Positions 1 to 9,263 of a stretch of 48,361 nt of DNA are shown piece by piece. Numbering within the stretch: the stretch's first letter is position 1; each line of letters begins with the position of its first letter. The translations under genes were made by a program, and so were the position numbers. This DNA is from an uncultured Clostridia bacterium (GTDB taxonomy: Bacteria > Bacillota > Clostridia > Christensenellales > Maliibacteriaceae). Location: positions 1 through 48,361 of the forward strand of contig CAKTSO010000001.1 of NCBI GenBank assembly GCA_934613185.1, given 5' to 3'. The notes under the pieces were generated by a model. It did no database searches, was not told where the DNA came from, and was given only the letters and a program-made list of their open reading frames with translations.

Positions 1-225
1 CTGGACGACTTCGTCATCAGCTACTTCACCTCGGGCAACGGATTTGAAACGCTGCCCATCCGCATTTACGCAATGACCAAAAAGGCCGTCACGCCGAAGA
101 TGTACGCGCTGGCGACGATCATCTTCTTCGTGACGCTGACGCTGCTTTTGATCAGCAACGTCGTCGACAACGAGGATCGCCGGCAGCTCAAAGAGCTGAA
201 AAAGGCCAAAAAGCGTGAAATCTGA
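1..225 (+). CDS. potC: Spermidine/putrescine ABC transporter permease, C-terminal fragment (5' end outside window)
   Basis: Frame-1 ORF enters from the left edge; stop TGA at 223-225. Translation LDDFVISYFTSGNGFETLPIRIYAM...TLTLLLISNV looks like the conserved C-terminus of PotB/PotC-type permeases. Lies directly upstream of potD. Confidence 0.7.
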   Translation: MDDFVISYFTSGNGFETLPIRIYAMTKKAVTPKMYALATIIFFVTLTLLLISNVVDNEDRRQLKELKKAKKREI

Positions 226-264
226 CGCTTTGGAATATTTCTGAAAACAGGGAGGAGCATTTTC

Positions 265-1371
265 ATGAAGAAGGTTCTTTGTGCGGCAATGGCGGCCGTG
301 CTGCTTGTTTGCCTCGTGCTTTCCGGCTGCGGCAAAAGCGCGCTGACGCTCAACGTCTACAACTGGGGAGAGTACATCTCCGACGGCAGCGAGGGTACGT
401 TCGACACGATCCGCGAGTTCGAATCCTGGTATAAGGAGACCTACGGCGAGCGCGTCAAGGTCAACTACACCACGTTCGCCTCCAACGAGGACATGTACAA
501 CAAGATCTCCAGCGGCGCGGTCAGCTACGACGTCATCATTCCGTCGGACTACATGATCGCCCGCATGGCGGACGAGGGGCTGCTTCAGAAGCTCGACTTT
601 GACAACATCCCCAATTACGAACACATCGCCGAAAGCTTCCACGGCCTGTATTACGATCCGCAGGACGAGTACTCCGTCCCCTACGCCTACGGCATCGTCG
701 GCGTGATCTACGACGCGAACGTCGTCGACGAGGGCGACGCGGGCGACTGGGATCTGATGTGGAACGAAAAATACTCCGGCAGCATTTTGCAGTTCAACAA
801 CTCCCGCGACGCGTTCGGCACCGCGATGTACAAGCTCGGCATCGACGTCAACACGACCGACACCGCCGATTGGGACCGCGCCTACGACGAGCTTCTGGCG
901 CAGCGCCCGCTCGTTTACAGCTACGTCATGGACGAAGTGTTCAATATGATGGAATCGGGCGAGGCCGCCGTCGGCGCGTACTATGCGGGCGACTACTTCA
1001 CGATGCGCGACGCGCAGTCCGACGACGTCGACCTTCAGTTCTATTATCCCGAGCGCACGAACTACTACATCGACGCCATGTGCGTCCCCACCTGCGCGCA
1101 GAACAAGGAGCTTGCGGAGATCTTCATCAACTACATGCTTTCCGAAGAGCCCGCCGTCGCCAACGCCGAATACACGTCCTACGCCTCCCCCAACCGCCTC
1201 GTCTTTGAAAACACGGGCTACCGGGAAGACATGGGTGAGGACGCCATCGAGATCCTGTATCCCGAAATGACGAACTTCGCCGAGCAGTACAACAAAATGG
1301 CGTATCGCAATCTGGATGCCGACATGCTCGATTACCTCAACACCCTCTGGGAGAACGTCAAGATCAACTGA
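265..1371 (+). CDS. potD: Spermidine/putrescine-binding lipoprotein (ABC substrate-binding protein)
   Basis: 368-aa ORF with GGAGGAG RBS upstream of the ATG. Lipoprotein signal with lipobox LSGC. Body resembles the PotD/PotF family (NVYNWGEYI, IPSDYM, YYAGDY). Confidence 0.9.
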   Translation: MKKVLCAAMAAVLLVCLVLSGCGKSALTLNVYNWGEYISDGSEGTFDTIREFESWYKETYGERVKVNYTTFASNEDMYNKISSGAVSYDVIIPSDYMIARMADEGLLQKLDFDNIPNYEHIAESFHGLYYDPQDEYSVPYAYGIVGVIYDANVVDEGDAGDWDLMWNEKYSGSILQFNNSRDAFGTAMYKLGIDVNTTDTADWDRAYDELLAQRPLVYSYVMDEVFNMMESGEAAVGAYYAGDYFTMRDAQSDDVDLQFYYPERTNYYIDAMCVPTCAQNKELAEIFINYMLSEEPAVANAEYTSYASPNRLVFENTGYREDMGEDAIEILYPEMTNFAEQYNKMAYRNLDADMLDYLNTLWENVKIN

Positions 1372-1385
1372 CGAAAACGCTCCAA

Positions 1386-1427
1386 GCAAAAACGGCTTTC
1401 GCACATTGCGGAAGCCGTTTTTGTTTT
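1386..1427. terminator. Bidirectional intrinsic terminator between convergent potD and the phosphodiesterase gene
   Basis: Stem aacggctt (1391-1398) / aagccgtt (1412-1419). T-run tttttgtttt lies downstream on + and an A-run upstream gives a T-run on -. Confidence 0.7.
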
Positions 1428-1435
1428 ATGATCTT

Positions 1436-2746
1436 TTACTTTCGAAGCAGTCGGTCTTCGCACTTGCCCTCGGCCTGCAAAAGCTCGACGCCGAGGATCT
1501 TCGCAAACGTCGGGGCGTGGTTCAAAATATGCCCCTCCTCCAGCACGACGCCCGGCGCAAACGACGGGCCCATGCCGATAAACGGCGGCTGCGGGCCTTT
1601 TTCGGGCATATGGCCGTGGGTGGAATGGCCGAAGCGATAGTCCGACGTATCCAGCTCGCGCACGACGGGGCGACGCCAGTCGTCGGAGAAGGTCGTGAAG
1701 CCGTCCGTCTCGATGACGAACGAAAAATCGCCGTCGAGGCCGTAGCGGGCTTTGACTTCCTCCTTCGTGAAGACACGCTCGAAGCCGTAGAGCTTTTCGC
1801 CCGCCATTTTTTGCAGCATGTCGTACACGCGATTTTTGAGTTCTTCATCATCGGGGCGGGACAGATAGACGTGCCCCGACAGCGCGCAGCTTGCGCAGTA
1901 GGCGTCCCACGAGGCAAGTTCGCCGTCCTCCTTCGTTCGGATCAGCCCCGCGTCGGCGAAGAACACGTTCGGGCAGACGGTGCGGCAGATGTTGAGATGC
2001 CCGTGGTCGCTCAGGACGACAAAGTCGGTCTCATTCTCGATCCCCGCGTCGCGCAGCGCGTCAAAGAGCATGGAGAGCCAGCGGTCGGTCACGCGGATCG
2101 ATTCTTTGACCGGCTCGGTGAAAAGCCCGGTGCGGTGGCGTTCGCCGTCGACGAAGCCGGGGTGCGTGAACAGCACGTTCGGGCGGAAGCGGCGCAGAAT
2201 CTCGGCGGCGCAGTAGATCTCGAATTCGTCGTAATCGGGGTGCGCGTTGCCGCAGCCGTAAATTCGGAGCGCATTTTCGACGATGTCCATCACGCATTCG
2301 CTCGTCCCGAGCTTGCGGTAGACGCTCGCGGGGTCGTCCTCATGCCCGCGCATGTCGAGCCCCATGACCTCCGGCACGAGATAGTCGATCACGTCGCCTC
2401 CTTCCGCGGTCACGGGCCAGCGGCACGCGGCGGTCGTCAATCCCGCGCGGTGCGCCGCGTGAAAGATCGTCTCGACATTCACCTGGGATATTTTGTTGAA
2501 CCACGGGCGCTCCAACTGCCCCGGGATGAATTCTTCGTTGGCGACGATCCCCGTTTTCCCCGCGGCGCAGCCCGTCATGATCGACGCATGGATCGGGTGC
2601 GTGAGGGTCGGATAGATCGAGCGGACGCGGTCGATGCGCGCCCCGTTTTTTAGTAATTTCCCGAAAGCGGGCAGCGTCGCGGCAAACGCGAGGTCTTCAT
2701 AGACGAGCGCGTCCACGCTGACGACGACAAGATGACGGTCGGACAT
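1436..2746 (-). CDS. Alkaline-phosphatase-superfamily nucleotide pyrophosphatase/phosphodiesterase-like protein
   Basis: ORF 1436..2821 trimmed to ATG at 2746 (MSDRHLVVVSVDAL...), which has an AGGAGAA RBS. Motifs SVDALVYEDL, YPTLTHPIHASIMTG and LSDHGH are typical of the type I phosphodiesterase/NPP family. Confidence 0.8.
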   Translation of the reverse strand: MSDRHLVVVSVDALVYEDLAFAATLPAFGKLLKNGARIDRVRSIYPTLTHPIHASIMTGCAAGKTGIVANEEFIPGQLERPWFNKISQVNVETIFHAAHRAGLTTAACRWPVTAEGGDVIDYLVPEVMGLDMRGHEDDPASVYRKLGTSECVMDIVENALRIYGCGNAHPDYDEFEIYCAAEILRRFRPNVLFTHPGFVDGERHRTGLFTEPVKESIRVTDRWLSMLFDALRDAGIENETDFVVLSDHGHLNICRTVCPNVFFADAGLIRTKEDGELASWDAYCASCALSGHVYLSRPDDEELKNRVYDMLQKMAGEKLYGFERVFTKEEVKARYGLDGDFSFVIETDGFTTFSDDWRRPVVRELDTSDYRFGHSTHGHMPEKGPQPPFIGMGPSFAPGVVLEEGHILNHAPTFAKILGVELLQAEGKCEDRLLRK

Positions 2747-2993
2747 GGCGATATTCTCCTTTTTGTTTGATGACGTTCCGATAACCCTAAATCTCATTAT
2801 ACCACACAACGCGCGCCGCATCTGCTATAATGAAGCGGATTCCGTACAACAGATCAAAAAACGGCCGCCGTGCGGCATTTCAGAGAAAAACGGGAGGTCT
2901 TCACGTCGAACGCGGCAGGCGCATTCCGTCGCCCGGGCGATCCGCCGCTCGGATGCGCGGATTTCGTCCCGAACGCGTTTCGGCCTTTGCATT

Positions 2994-5516
2994 ATGGATA
3001 AATACGAAGCGCTTTCGCGCTATTACGGACACGAGTCGTTCCGCCCCGGGCAGGAGACGCTCGTCGACGCGCTGACGGGCGGACGCGACGCGTTCGGCGT
3101 GATGCCGACGGGCGGCGGCAAGTCCGTGTGCTATCAGATCCCCGCGCTGCTGTCAAGCGGGATCACCCTGGTCGTAAGCCCGCTCGTCTCGCTCATGGCC
3201 GATCAGGTCGCGACGCTGAAGCAGATGGGCGTCGCGGCGGCGTATCTGAACGCCACGCTGACGCCGCGCCAGATGGAGCTTGCCTGCGAACGCATGGCGC
3301 GCGGGGCGTACAGGATCGTCTACGTCACGCCGGAACGTTTGAACGTGCCGTCGTTCGCCGCGCTTTGCAAAAAACTGCCGATCCGCATCGTCGCCGTGGA
3401 CGAGGCGCACTGCGTCTCCCAGTGGGGGCAGGACTTTCGCCCGAGCTATCTTGCGATCGCGGATTTCATCGCGCTTTTTCCGAAGCGTCCCGCCGTGGGC
3501 GCGTTCACCGCGACGGCGACCGAGCTTGTGCGAAGCGACATCGAGCGGCTGCTGACATTAAAAGATCCCGTGCGCGTGGTCACGGGGTTCGACCAGCCGA
3601 ATCTTTATTACGAAGTGCAAACGCCGAAGGACAAGCTCGACGCGCTGCTGCATTTCGCCGCCGCGCACGAAGAGCAAAGCGGCATCGTCTACTGTTCCAC
3701 GCGAAAGACGGTCGAGCAGGTTCACGCCGAACTTGTGCATTACGGCTTTTCGGCGGCACGTTATCACGCGGGGCTGTCCGACAACGAGCGTGCAAAGGCG
3801 CAGGAGGACTTTCGATTCGATCGCGTGCGCCTCATCGTGGCGACGAACGCCTTCGGCATGGGGATCGACAAATCCAACGTTTCCTACGTTCTTCATTACA
3901 ACATGCCGCAAAGCCCCGAGGCGTATTATCAGGAGGCGGGGCGCGCGGGGCGCGACGGCGAAAACGCGCAGTGCGTGCTGTATTTTAGCACGCGGGACGT
4001 CGTCACGGCGCGCTGGCTCATCCGGCATCGCGCGCCGAACGAGGCGCTGACGGCCGAGCAGACCGCGGCGCTGCAAAAGCAGGACGAAGTTCGCCTGCAA
4101 AAAATGGTCGATTATTGCGAAACGTCCGCGTGTCTTCGCGGCGCTTTGCTGGATTATTTCGGGCAGAAGCACCCTTTGCGCTGCAACGCCTGTGCCAACT
4201 GCAAAAGGGCGCGGGAAACCGCGGCGTTTCTCCTGCGCCCGCTTCCCGCCCCCGCGCCCGCGCCCGCATTCGGCATGCGCGACGTCTCGCACGAGGCGGC
4301 GGCGTTTCTGGCGGGGATTTCCAAAATGGGAAGCGGCGTCAGATGCGCGTTCGCCGTCAAAATGCTGCAAAAAAATGCGCAGGTCGGCACGGCGCTCTAT
4401 GAGAAAAGCGACGAATTTCTTCACGCATTGGCCGCGCAGCTCGTGCAAAGCGGCTTCGTCAGCGAAAACGAGTTCGGCGGCCTTTCCGTCGTCCCGCGCG
4501 CGGCGGAGGTGCTCCGCGGCGACGTCCGCGTGTTTTTGGAGGAGGAGAAGGCGGCAAGTCCGAAAGAAGTTCCCGCCGCGAAAAAAGAGGCGGAACCTTT
4601 CGATCTTTCTCCAACGATCGAAAAGAAAGCCCCGCCCGCAGCCAATCCCGCAGACGTCACGCGCGAGGCAATCGTCATGCTGCGCTGTGTACAGCAGATT
4701 GAGGATATCGCCGAATGCGGCCCGACGATAAGCGATCTTTGCAATGTACTGCGCGGCAAAACGCGCCGCGGCATGCCGATCCGTGATATCGCACAGCTTG
4801 AAACATTCGGCGCGCTGCCGTCGCTTTCCAACGCACAGCTTCGCCGCATCGCCGATGCGCTGATACAGCGGCACGACCTCGCCTGCGACACACAGGGGTT
4901 TCTCTACGTTCCTCTTCGCGCGGAAGAGGTGTTTCAGGGAAAGGCCGCGATTTTCATGGACGACGATTCCGTGCCCGCGGCGGATCTCACGCTTCCCAAT
5001 CTTTCGATCAAGGTGCTGCGCGCCGCAGCATCGCTGCCCGAACCGTTAAAAGAAACGCTTCTCGTCCGCTTCCTGCGCGGCGGGCGGGACAAGCGGCTTC
5101 TGGAAAAAGGCCTCGACAAATGCCGCGGCTATGGGAAATGCCGCGAGCTTTCGCGCGGTGGGATGCAGGAGCTGATTTCTCAACTGATCGAGCGGGAGCT
5201 TTTGCGGATCGACGCGCGCGGCGTCGTCACGCTCACCGACGAAGGGCGCGACGCAGCGGGGATCGTGCGGCCGCGAAAAAAGGCGGCGGGCGCGGGCGAT
5301 CCCGCGCTGTTTGACGCGCTCAAGGCGCGCCGCTACGCGCTTGCGAGCGCGCAGAGGATCCCCGCCTACGCCGTGTTCTCCGACGCGACGCTGCGCGACA
5401 TGGTCAAAAAGCGCCCGAAAACGCCGGAGGAATTTCGCCGCGTCTCGGGCGTCGGCGAGGTCAAGGCCGCGCGCTACGGGAAGGATTTTCTGCGGATCAT
5501 CGCAAAATTCGAATAA
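2994..5516 (+). CDS. recQ: ATP-dependent DNA helicase RecQ, long form with extra winged-helix-like repeats and C-terminal HRDC
   Basis: ORF 2745..5516 trimmed to ATG 2994 (MDKYEALSRYYGHESFRPGQ). Walker A is PTGGGKSVCYQIPAL; DEAH box is VAVDEAHCVSQWGQDFRPSY. Zn module is CETSACLR...CNACANC. HRDC-like end is FDALKARRYALASAQRIPAYAVFSDATLRDM. Confidence 0.9.
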   Translation: MDKYEALSRYYGHESFRPGQETLVDALTGGRDAFGVMPTGGGKSVCYQIPALLSSGITLVVSPLVSLMADQVATLKQMGVAAAYLNATLTPRQMELACERMARGAYRIVYVTPERLNVPSFAALCKKLPIRIVAVDEAHCVSQWGQDFRPSYLAIADFIALFPKRPAVGAFTATATELVRSDIERLLTLKDPVRVVTGFDQPNLYYEVQTPKDKLDALLHFAAAHEEQSGIVYCSTRKTVEQVHAELVHYGFSAARYHAGLSDNERAKAQEDFRFDRVRLIVATNAFGMGIDKSNVSYVLHYNMPQSPEAYYQEAGRAGRDGENAQCVLYFSTRDVVTARWLIRHRAPNEALTAEQTAALQKQDEVRLQKMVDYCETSACLRGALLDYFGQKHPLRCNACANCKRARETAAFLLRPLPAPAPAPAFGMRDVSHEAAAFLAGISKMGSGVRCAFAVKMLQKNAQVGTALYEKSDEFLHALAAQLVQSGFVSENEFGGLSVVPRAAEVLRGDVRVFLEEEKAASPKEVPAAKKEAEPFDLSPTIEKKAPPAANPADVTREAIVMLRCVQQIEDIAECGPTISDLCNVLRGKTRRGMPIRDIAQLETFGALPSLSNAQLRRIADALIQRHDLACDTQGFLYVPLRAEEVFQGKAAIFMDDDSVPAADLTLPNLSIKVLRAAASLPEPLKETLLVRFLRGGRDKRLLEKGLDKCRGYGKCRELSRGGMQELISQLIERELLRIDARGVVTLTDEGRDAAGIVRPRKKAAGAGDPALFDALKARRYALASAQRIPAYAVFSDATLRDMVKKRPKTPEEFRRVSGVGEVKAARYGKDFLRIIAKFE

Positions 5517-5565
5517 ATAAAAACCGCACGGTTCGCAAAACAAAGCGTTCCGTGCGGTTTTTAAA
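5517..5565. terminator. Bidirectional intrinsic terminator (recQ / pseudouridine synthase gene)
   Basis: 11-bp stem aaaccgcacgg (5521-5531) / ccgtgcggttt (5550-5560), with a T-run on + and an A-run upstream serving the - strand. Confidence 0.75.
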
Positions 5566-5584
5566 ATATATTCTGCCGCGCCGA

Positions 5585-6253
5585 TCAAAGGAACTTCGCA
5601 AACGCGTTCCACGGCGCGCGGTCGGGCGGCGGGCAAACAAACGTCATGGGTTCTTTTTTCGTCGGATGCTCGAGTGACAGCTTCCACGCCCAAAGCGCGA
5701 GGTCGCCGCGTTCGGCGCCGCGATTGTACTTTTGATCGCAGACGAGCGGATGGCCCGCATGGGCAAACTGCACGCGGATCTGGTGCGAGCGCCCCGTGTC
5801 CAGATGGACTTCGACAAGCGTGTTTCCGCCGCAGACGCCGAGCGCGCGATACGAAAGCCGCGCGAGCTTCGCCCCCGCCGTTCCCTCCGAAACGACGCGG
5901 GACGTATTCGAGCGCTCGTCCTTCCAAAGCCAGTCGCAAAGCGCGCCGTCTTCTTTGATCGCGCCCGCGACCACGGCAAGATACGTCCGCGACATCTGCC
6001 GCGTCTTCAGCTGCGCCGACAGCCGCGCCGCCGCCTTGGACGTGCGCGCGAATGCCATGACGCCGCCCGCCGGACGGTCGAGCCGATGCACGAGCCCGAG
6101 GTATACGTCCCCGGGCTTGTTGTATTTTTCCTTGACATAGGCCTTCAAAACCGTCAAAAGGTCGGGATCGCCGCTGGCATCCGCCTGCGCGGGCATGTTC
6201 TGCGGCTTTTGGACGATCAGAAGGTGGTTGTCTTCATAGAGAACGGGAACCAT
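5585..6253 (-). CDS. RluA-family pseudouridine synthase (short form, no S4 domain)
   Basis: ORF 5585..6463 trimmed to ATG 6253 (MVPVLYEDNHLLIVQKP), 5 nt after the stop of the upstream gene. Catalytic motif HRLDRPAGGVMAFART; also GRSHQIRVQFAH. Confidence 0.85.
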   Translation of the reverse strand: MVPVLYEDNHLLIVQKPQNMPAQADASGDPDLLTVLKAYVKEKYNKPGDVYLGLVHRLDRPAGGVMAFARTSKAAARLSAQLKTRQMSRTYLAVVAGAIKEDGALCDWLWKDERSNTSRVVSEGTAGAKLARLSYRALGVCGGNTLVEVHLDTGRSHQIRVQFAHAGHPLVCDQKYNRGAERGDLALWAWKLSLEHPTKKEPMTFVCPPPDRAPWNAFAKFL

Positions 6254-6258
6254 CGGCG

Positions 6259-7116
6259 TCACTTCCCGACGAAGCGCCCCGCCGCGCCGCAGGGCAGCAC
6301 CAGCCCGCGTTCGGTCGGCAGGCAGACTTCCTGTGCCTCCACGCGGCCGTTGTAATTTTTGAGCGCGATGGTCAGAAGATTCGACAGCACCGCGGGCTGC
6401 AATCCCGTCGTGTAGGCGTTCAAAATGAAGAACAGCGGGCGATCCGTCAATACCTGCGCGCAAAGCGCCAAAAGCGGCGCGATCTTGTCCTCCAGCCGCC
6501 AGACCTCGCCGCCCGGGCCGCGCCCGTAGCTCGGCGGATCCATGACGATGGCGTCGTAGCGGTTGCCGCGGCGGATCTCCCGCGCGACGAATTTTTCACA
6601 GTCGTCCACAATGTAACGGATGGGCGCTTCGCGAAGGCCGCTCGCCGCCGCGTTGTCCTTCGCCCAGGCGACCATGCCCTTCGCCGCATCGACATGGCAC
6701 ACGCGCGCCCCCGCCGCCGCGCAGGCGACCGTCGCGCCGCCGGTGTAGCCGAACAGGTTCAAAACGCTGATCGGTCGGCCCGCGTTTTTGATGGCGCTCA
6801 TCATGAAATCCCAGTTGGCGGCCTGCTCGGGGAACAGCCCCGTATGCTTAAAGCCCGTGGGATGGACGATAAAACGAAGGTCGCGATAGGAAATCTGCCA
6901 CTTGTCGGGCAGCTCGCGGCGGAAATCCCACGCGCCGCCGCCCGAGGACGAGCGGGTGTAGCGCGCGTCGGCACTCTTCCACGGCATGGCGGGGTCCTTG
7001 TCCCAAATCGCCTGCGGGTCGGGCCGGCGCAGGATCACGTCGCCCCAGCGCTCGAGCTTTTCGCCGCCGCCGGAATCGATGACGGAAAAATCCGTCCAGT
7101 TTTTTGCAAGATACAT
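6259..7116 (-). CDS. Class I SAM-dependent methyltransferase (RlmI/RlmK-like rRNA methyltransferase fold)
   Basis: 285 aa. SAM-binding loop LNLFGYTGGATVACAAAGA and motif IV MDPPSYG. Apparently forms an operon with the pseudouridine synthase. Confidence 0.8.
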   Translation of the reverse strand: MYLAKNWTDFSVIDSGGGEKLERWGDVILRRPDPQAIWDKDPAMPWKSADARYTRSSSGGGAWDFRRELPDKWQISYRDLRFIVHPTGFKHTGLFPEQAANWDFMMSAIKNAGRPISVLNLFGYTGGATVACAAAGARVCHVDAAKGMVAWAKDNAAASGLREAPIRYIVDDCEKFVAREIRRGNRYDAIVMDPPSYGRGPGGEVWRLEDKIAPLLALCAQVLTDRPLFFILNAYTTGLQPAVLSNLLTIALKNYNGRVEAQEVCLPTERGLVLPCGAAGRFVGK

Positions 7117-7162
7117 AAAAGACTTCTCCTACTGAAAAAAGGGGGTCGCGGCAAGATGGTTT

Positions 7163-7192
7163 TAAAAAAAGCCGCTGAAGATTCAGCGGCTT
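7163..7192 (-). terminator. Intrinsic terminator downstream of tRNA-Arg
   Basis: Hairpin agccgctg/cagcggct (7170-7191) followed on the - strand by a 7-nt U-run (plus-strand aaaaaaa at 7164-7170). Confidence 0.7.
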
Positions 7193-7198
7193 TGCAAG

Positions 7199-7272
<74 letters not shown>

Positions 7273-7331
7273 ATATCTCGTGCAGGAATTATAATAGCGC
7301 AAAAGGCCGGGGTTGTCAACGGATTTTCCGA

Positions 7332-9140
7332 TTATTTTTTAAGGCTCGGCGGATTTTTTGCGGTTTCGCCGCCGTTTTCAAGCAAAAGCACCGCGAACGA
7401 CGCGCTCTGCACGGCATTTTGCTCGCCGTTTTCCTCCAAAACGATGGTATCGAAGACGATCCGCACGCGAACGCCGTTTTCTTCGAGTTCAGCGGTCGCC
7501 CAGTTTTCGTCGCCCGCGTCGTATCGTTCGGCGGCGCTTTGGATCGCGGCGTCAAGGTCGAAGCTCGCCGTGCCTTCGTCCGTCTCGACGGCAAGTTCGC
7601 CGGGGAGCGTCCGCGCCCAAACGTTGACCGAAGACATCTCCTGCCCTGCCGCGTCGCTCGGGTCGTAGAAGAAGTCGGGCAGAAGGAAGCGGCCGCCCGC
7701 CGTGTCGATCGCATCGTCCTCCCGCGTCAGGACGCGCGTTGTTTCGTTCACCCAATCGTCGACGCGCTCGCCCGACGGCGTTTCGCCCGCGACGTCGCCC
7801 GAAAATCCGAACGCGTTCCACGGATCGTCCGTCAAAATCTCGCCGCTTTCCAGCGTGATCTTGACGTTCGTCTGCGTCAGAAGGTAGCGTGCGGCGGACG
7901 TGATCGTCTCTTTCTGTTCGTCGGTCGCGTCGGGATTTGGCACGACGCATTCGCGGCTTCCCATTTCAGCTTCGGCCAGCGCGCGGTCAAGCCGCGCCGT
8001 CTGCGACAGGCGGCACAACGTGAACACGTTCAAAAACGGCAGAAGCGCCGCCGCGATCAGCGCGATCCCGAGGGAAAGCGGCAGCGCGCGCGCGGAGAAT
8101 GTTTCCCCGAAAAAGAATGCATAGACGAGCGCGCCGAGCATCCAAAGCCCGAAGAGAACGGCGAGAAGGCGCTGCGGCGTTGCGCCGTAGGCGCGGATGC
8201 GGATGAAACAGGCAAAAAACAGCATCGTAAGCGGCAGAAGCCAAATCGGCGGCGCGGCGCGGAAAAACCCTTTCGCCGCGCGGTCTTCCCGCCCGCTGCC
8301 GAAGAAAAACAGCACGCAGGCGACCGCGGCGCTTGCGAACAAAACGAGCGGCGCGACCTCGTTGCTCGGCCAAATTCCCGTGCCGAGGATGCGCAGAAGA
8401 TAGCCGTAGAAGATCAGCGTCAGCGCGCACAAAAGCGGCAGGACGCCGAATCGGACGAACGCGTTCGCCGCGCGCGGCAGGGATTCCCGCATCGGCTCGT
8501 CGGGCGTCAGCTTCGGCAGAATCAAAAGCGGCAAAAGCGCGCCGTAATAAAGCGCCGCTGCCGTACCGGTGAATCGGAACGGCGAAACCGAGCTTTGCGA
8601 AAGCAGCGCGCCGAACGCGAAGAACAGCGCAATCGTCCCCAAAAACAACGCGGTCGAAACGAGCGCGCCGAGGAACCCCGCCCAAACAAGACGCACGCCG
8701 AACCGCGCCCCCGCCTCCCCCTTCGGGCAAAGCGCCGCGAACGCGAGCAAAAGCAGCGCAAACGTCAATATCGACACGGCCTGCGGCGTCTGCGGCAGTT
8801 TTTGCCCGAGCACGGCGGGAAGATAATACCCGCCCGCCGCGACGGCAAGCGTCCCGAGCGAGGCGGCGGCGCGAACGGACGCCGAGGTTTTGCCGCGCGC
8901 GCAGCAGGCGGCGCAGAAACATTCCGCCGCGAACAAAAGCCACAAAAACGGGAAGGGCGCGTCGTTTGAAAACAGCGCAGTAATGCCGGACATGGCATCC
9001 GCCCCGAAGCCCTCCAGGGCAATGCAGCAGCCGACGATGGCGAGACACACGGCATAGGGCGCGTAAAACAGCGCGAGCGCACGCAAAAGCGGCTCGGGCG
9101 AAATGATGCGCCGCGAATTTGTTTTTCTTTCCGCTTCCAT
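7332..9140 (-). CDS. Polytopic membrane protein (DUF4153-like) with a soluble acidic C-terminal domain
   Basis: 602-aa ORF with an AAGGAGG RBS. About 10 or more hydrophobic helices in the first ~400 aa, then a hydrophilic ~200-aa domain. The family assignment is from memory only. Confidence 0.7.
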   Translation of the reverse strand: MEAERKTNSRRIISPEPLLRALALFYAPYAVCLAIVGCCIALEGFGADAMSGITALFSNDAPFPFLWLLFAAECFCAACCARGKTSASVRAAASLGTLAVAAGGYYLPAVLGQKLPQTPQAVSILTFALLLLAFAALCPKGEAGARFGVRLVWAGFLGALVSTALFLGTIALFFAFGALLSQSSVSPFRFTGTAAALYYGALLPLLILPKLTPDEPMRESLPRAANAFVRFGVLPLLCALTLIFYGYLLRILGTGIWPSNEVAPLVLFASAAVACVLFFFGSGREDRAAKGFFRAAPPIWLLPLTMLFFACFIRIRAYGATPQRLLAVLFGLWMLGALVYAFFFGETFSARALPLSLGIALIAAALLPFLNVFTLCRLSQTARLDRALAEAEMGSRECVVPNPDATDEQKETITSAARYLLTQTNVKITLESGEILTDDPWNAFGFSGDVAGETPSGERVDDWVNETTRVLTREDDAIDTAGGRFLLPDFFYDPSDAAGQEMSSVNVWARTLPGELAVETDEGTASFDLDAAIQSAAERYDAGDENWATAELEENGVRVRIVFDTIVLEENGEQNAVQSASFAVLLLENGGETAKNPPSLKK

Positions 9141-9168
9141 GGGATCGACCTCCTTGCTTTATAATCGG

Positions 9169-9196
9169 ATTATAACATATAATTTATCCATGTCAA
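9169..9196 (-). promoter_or_regulatory. Sigma-A-type promoter for the 7332..9140 gene
   Basis: On the - strand: TTGACA (9191-9196), 16 nt, TGT-TATAAT (9169-9174), about 30 nt upstream of the ATG. Confidence 0.55.
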
Positions 9197-9213
9197 TCAT
9201 CATTTATCGTTTT

Positions 9214-9250
9214 ACAATAAAATGCTCCTCTCAAATCCGAGAGAAGCATT
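9214..9250 (-). terminator. Intrinsic terminator of brnQ
   Basis: Stem aatgctcctctc (9221-9232) / gagagaagcatt (9239-9250) with one mismatch. A T-rich run follows on the - strand. Confidence 0.65.
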
Positions 9251-9263
9251 TGGCGTCTTCGAT

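Noticed and set aside
1316-2653. 445-aa + strand ORF overlapping the phosphodiesterase gene. The 438-aa ORF at 3558..4874 (-), antisense to recQ, is of the same kind.
   Set aside because: These are Arg/Ala/Gly-rich translations with no RBS. They lie entirely antisense to ORFs that carry clear family motifs, so they are typical shadow ORFs of GC-rich DNA.
2745-2993. N-terminal 83-codon extension of the recQ ORF.
   Set aside because: The extension is Arg/Ser-rich and overlaps the divergent promoter region. RecQ homology begins at MDKYEAL (ATG 2994).
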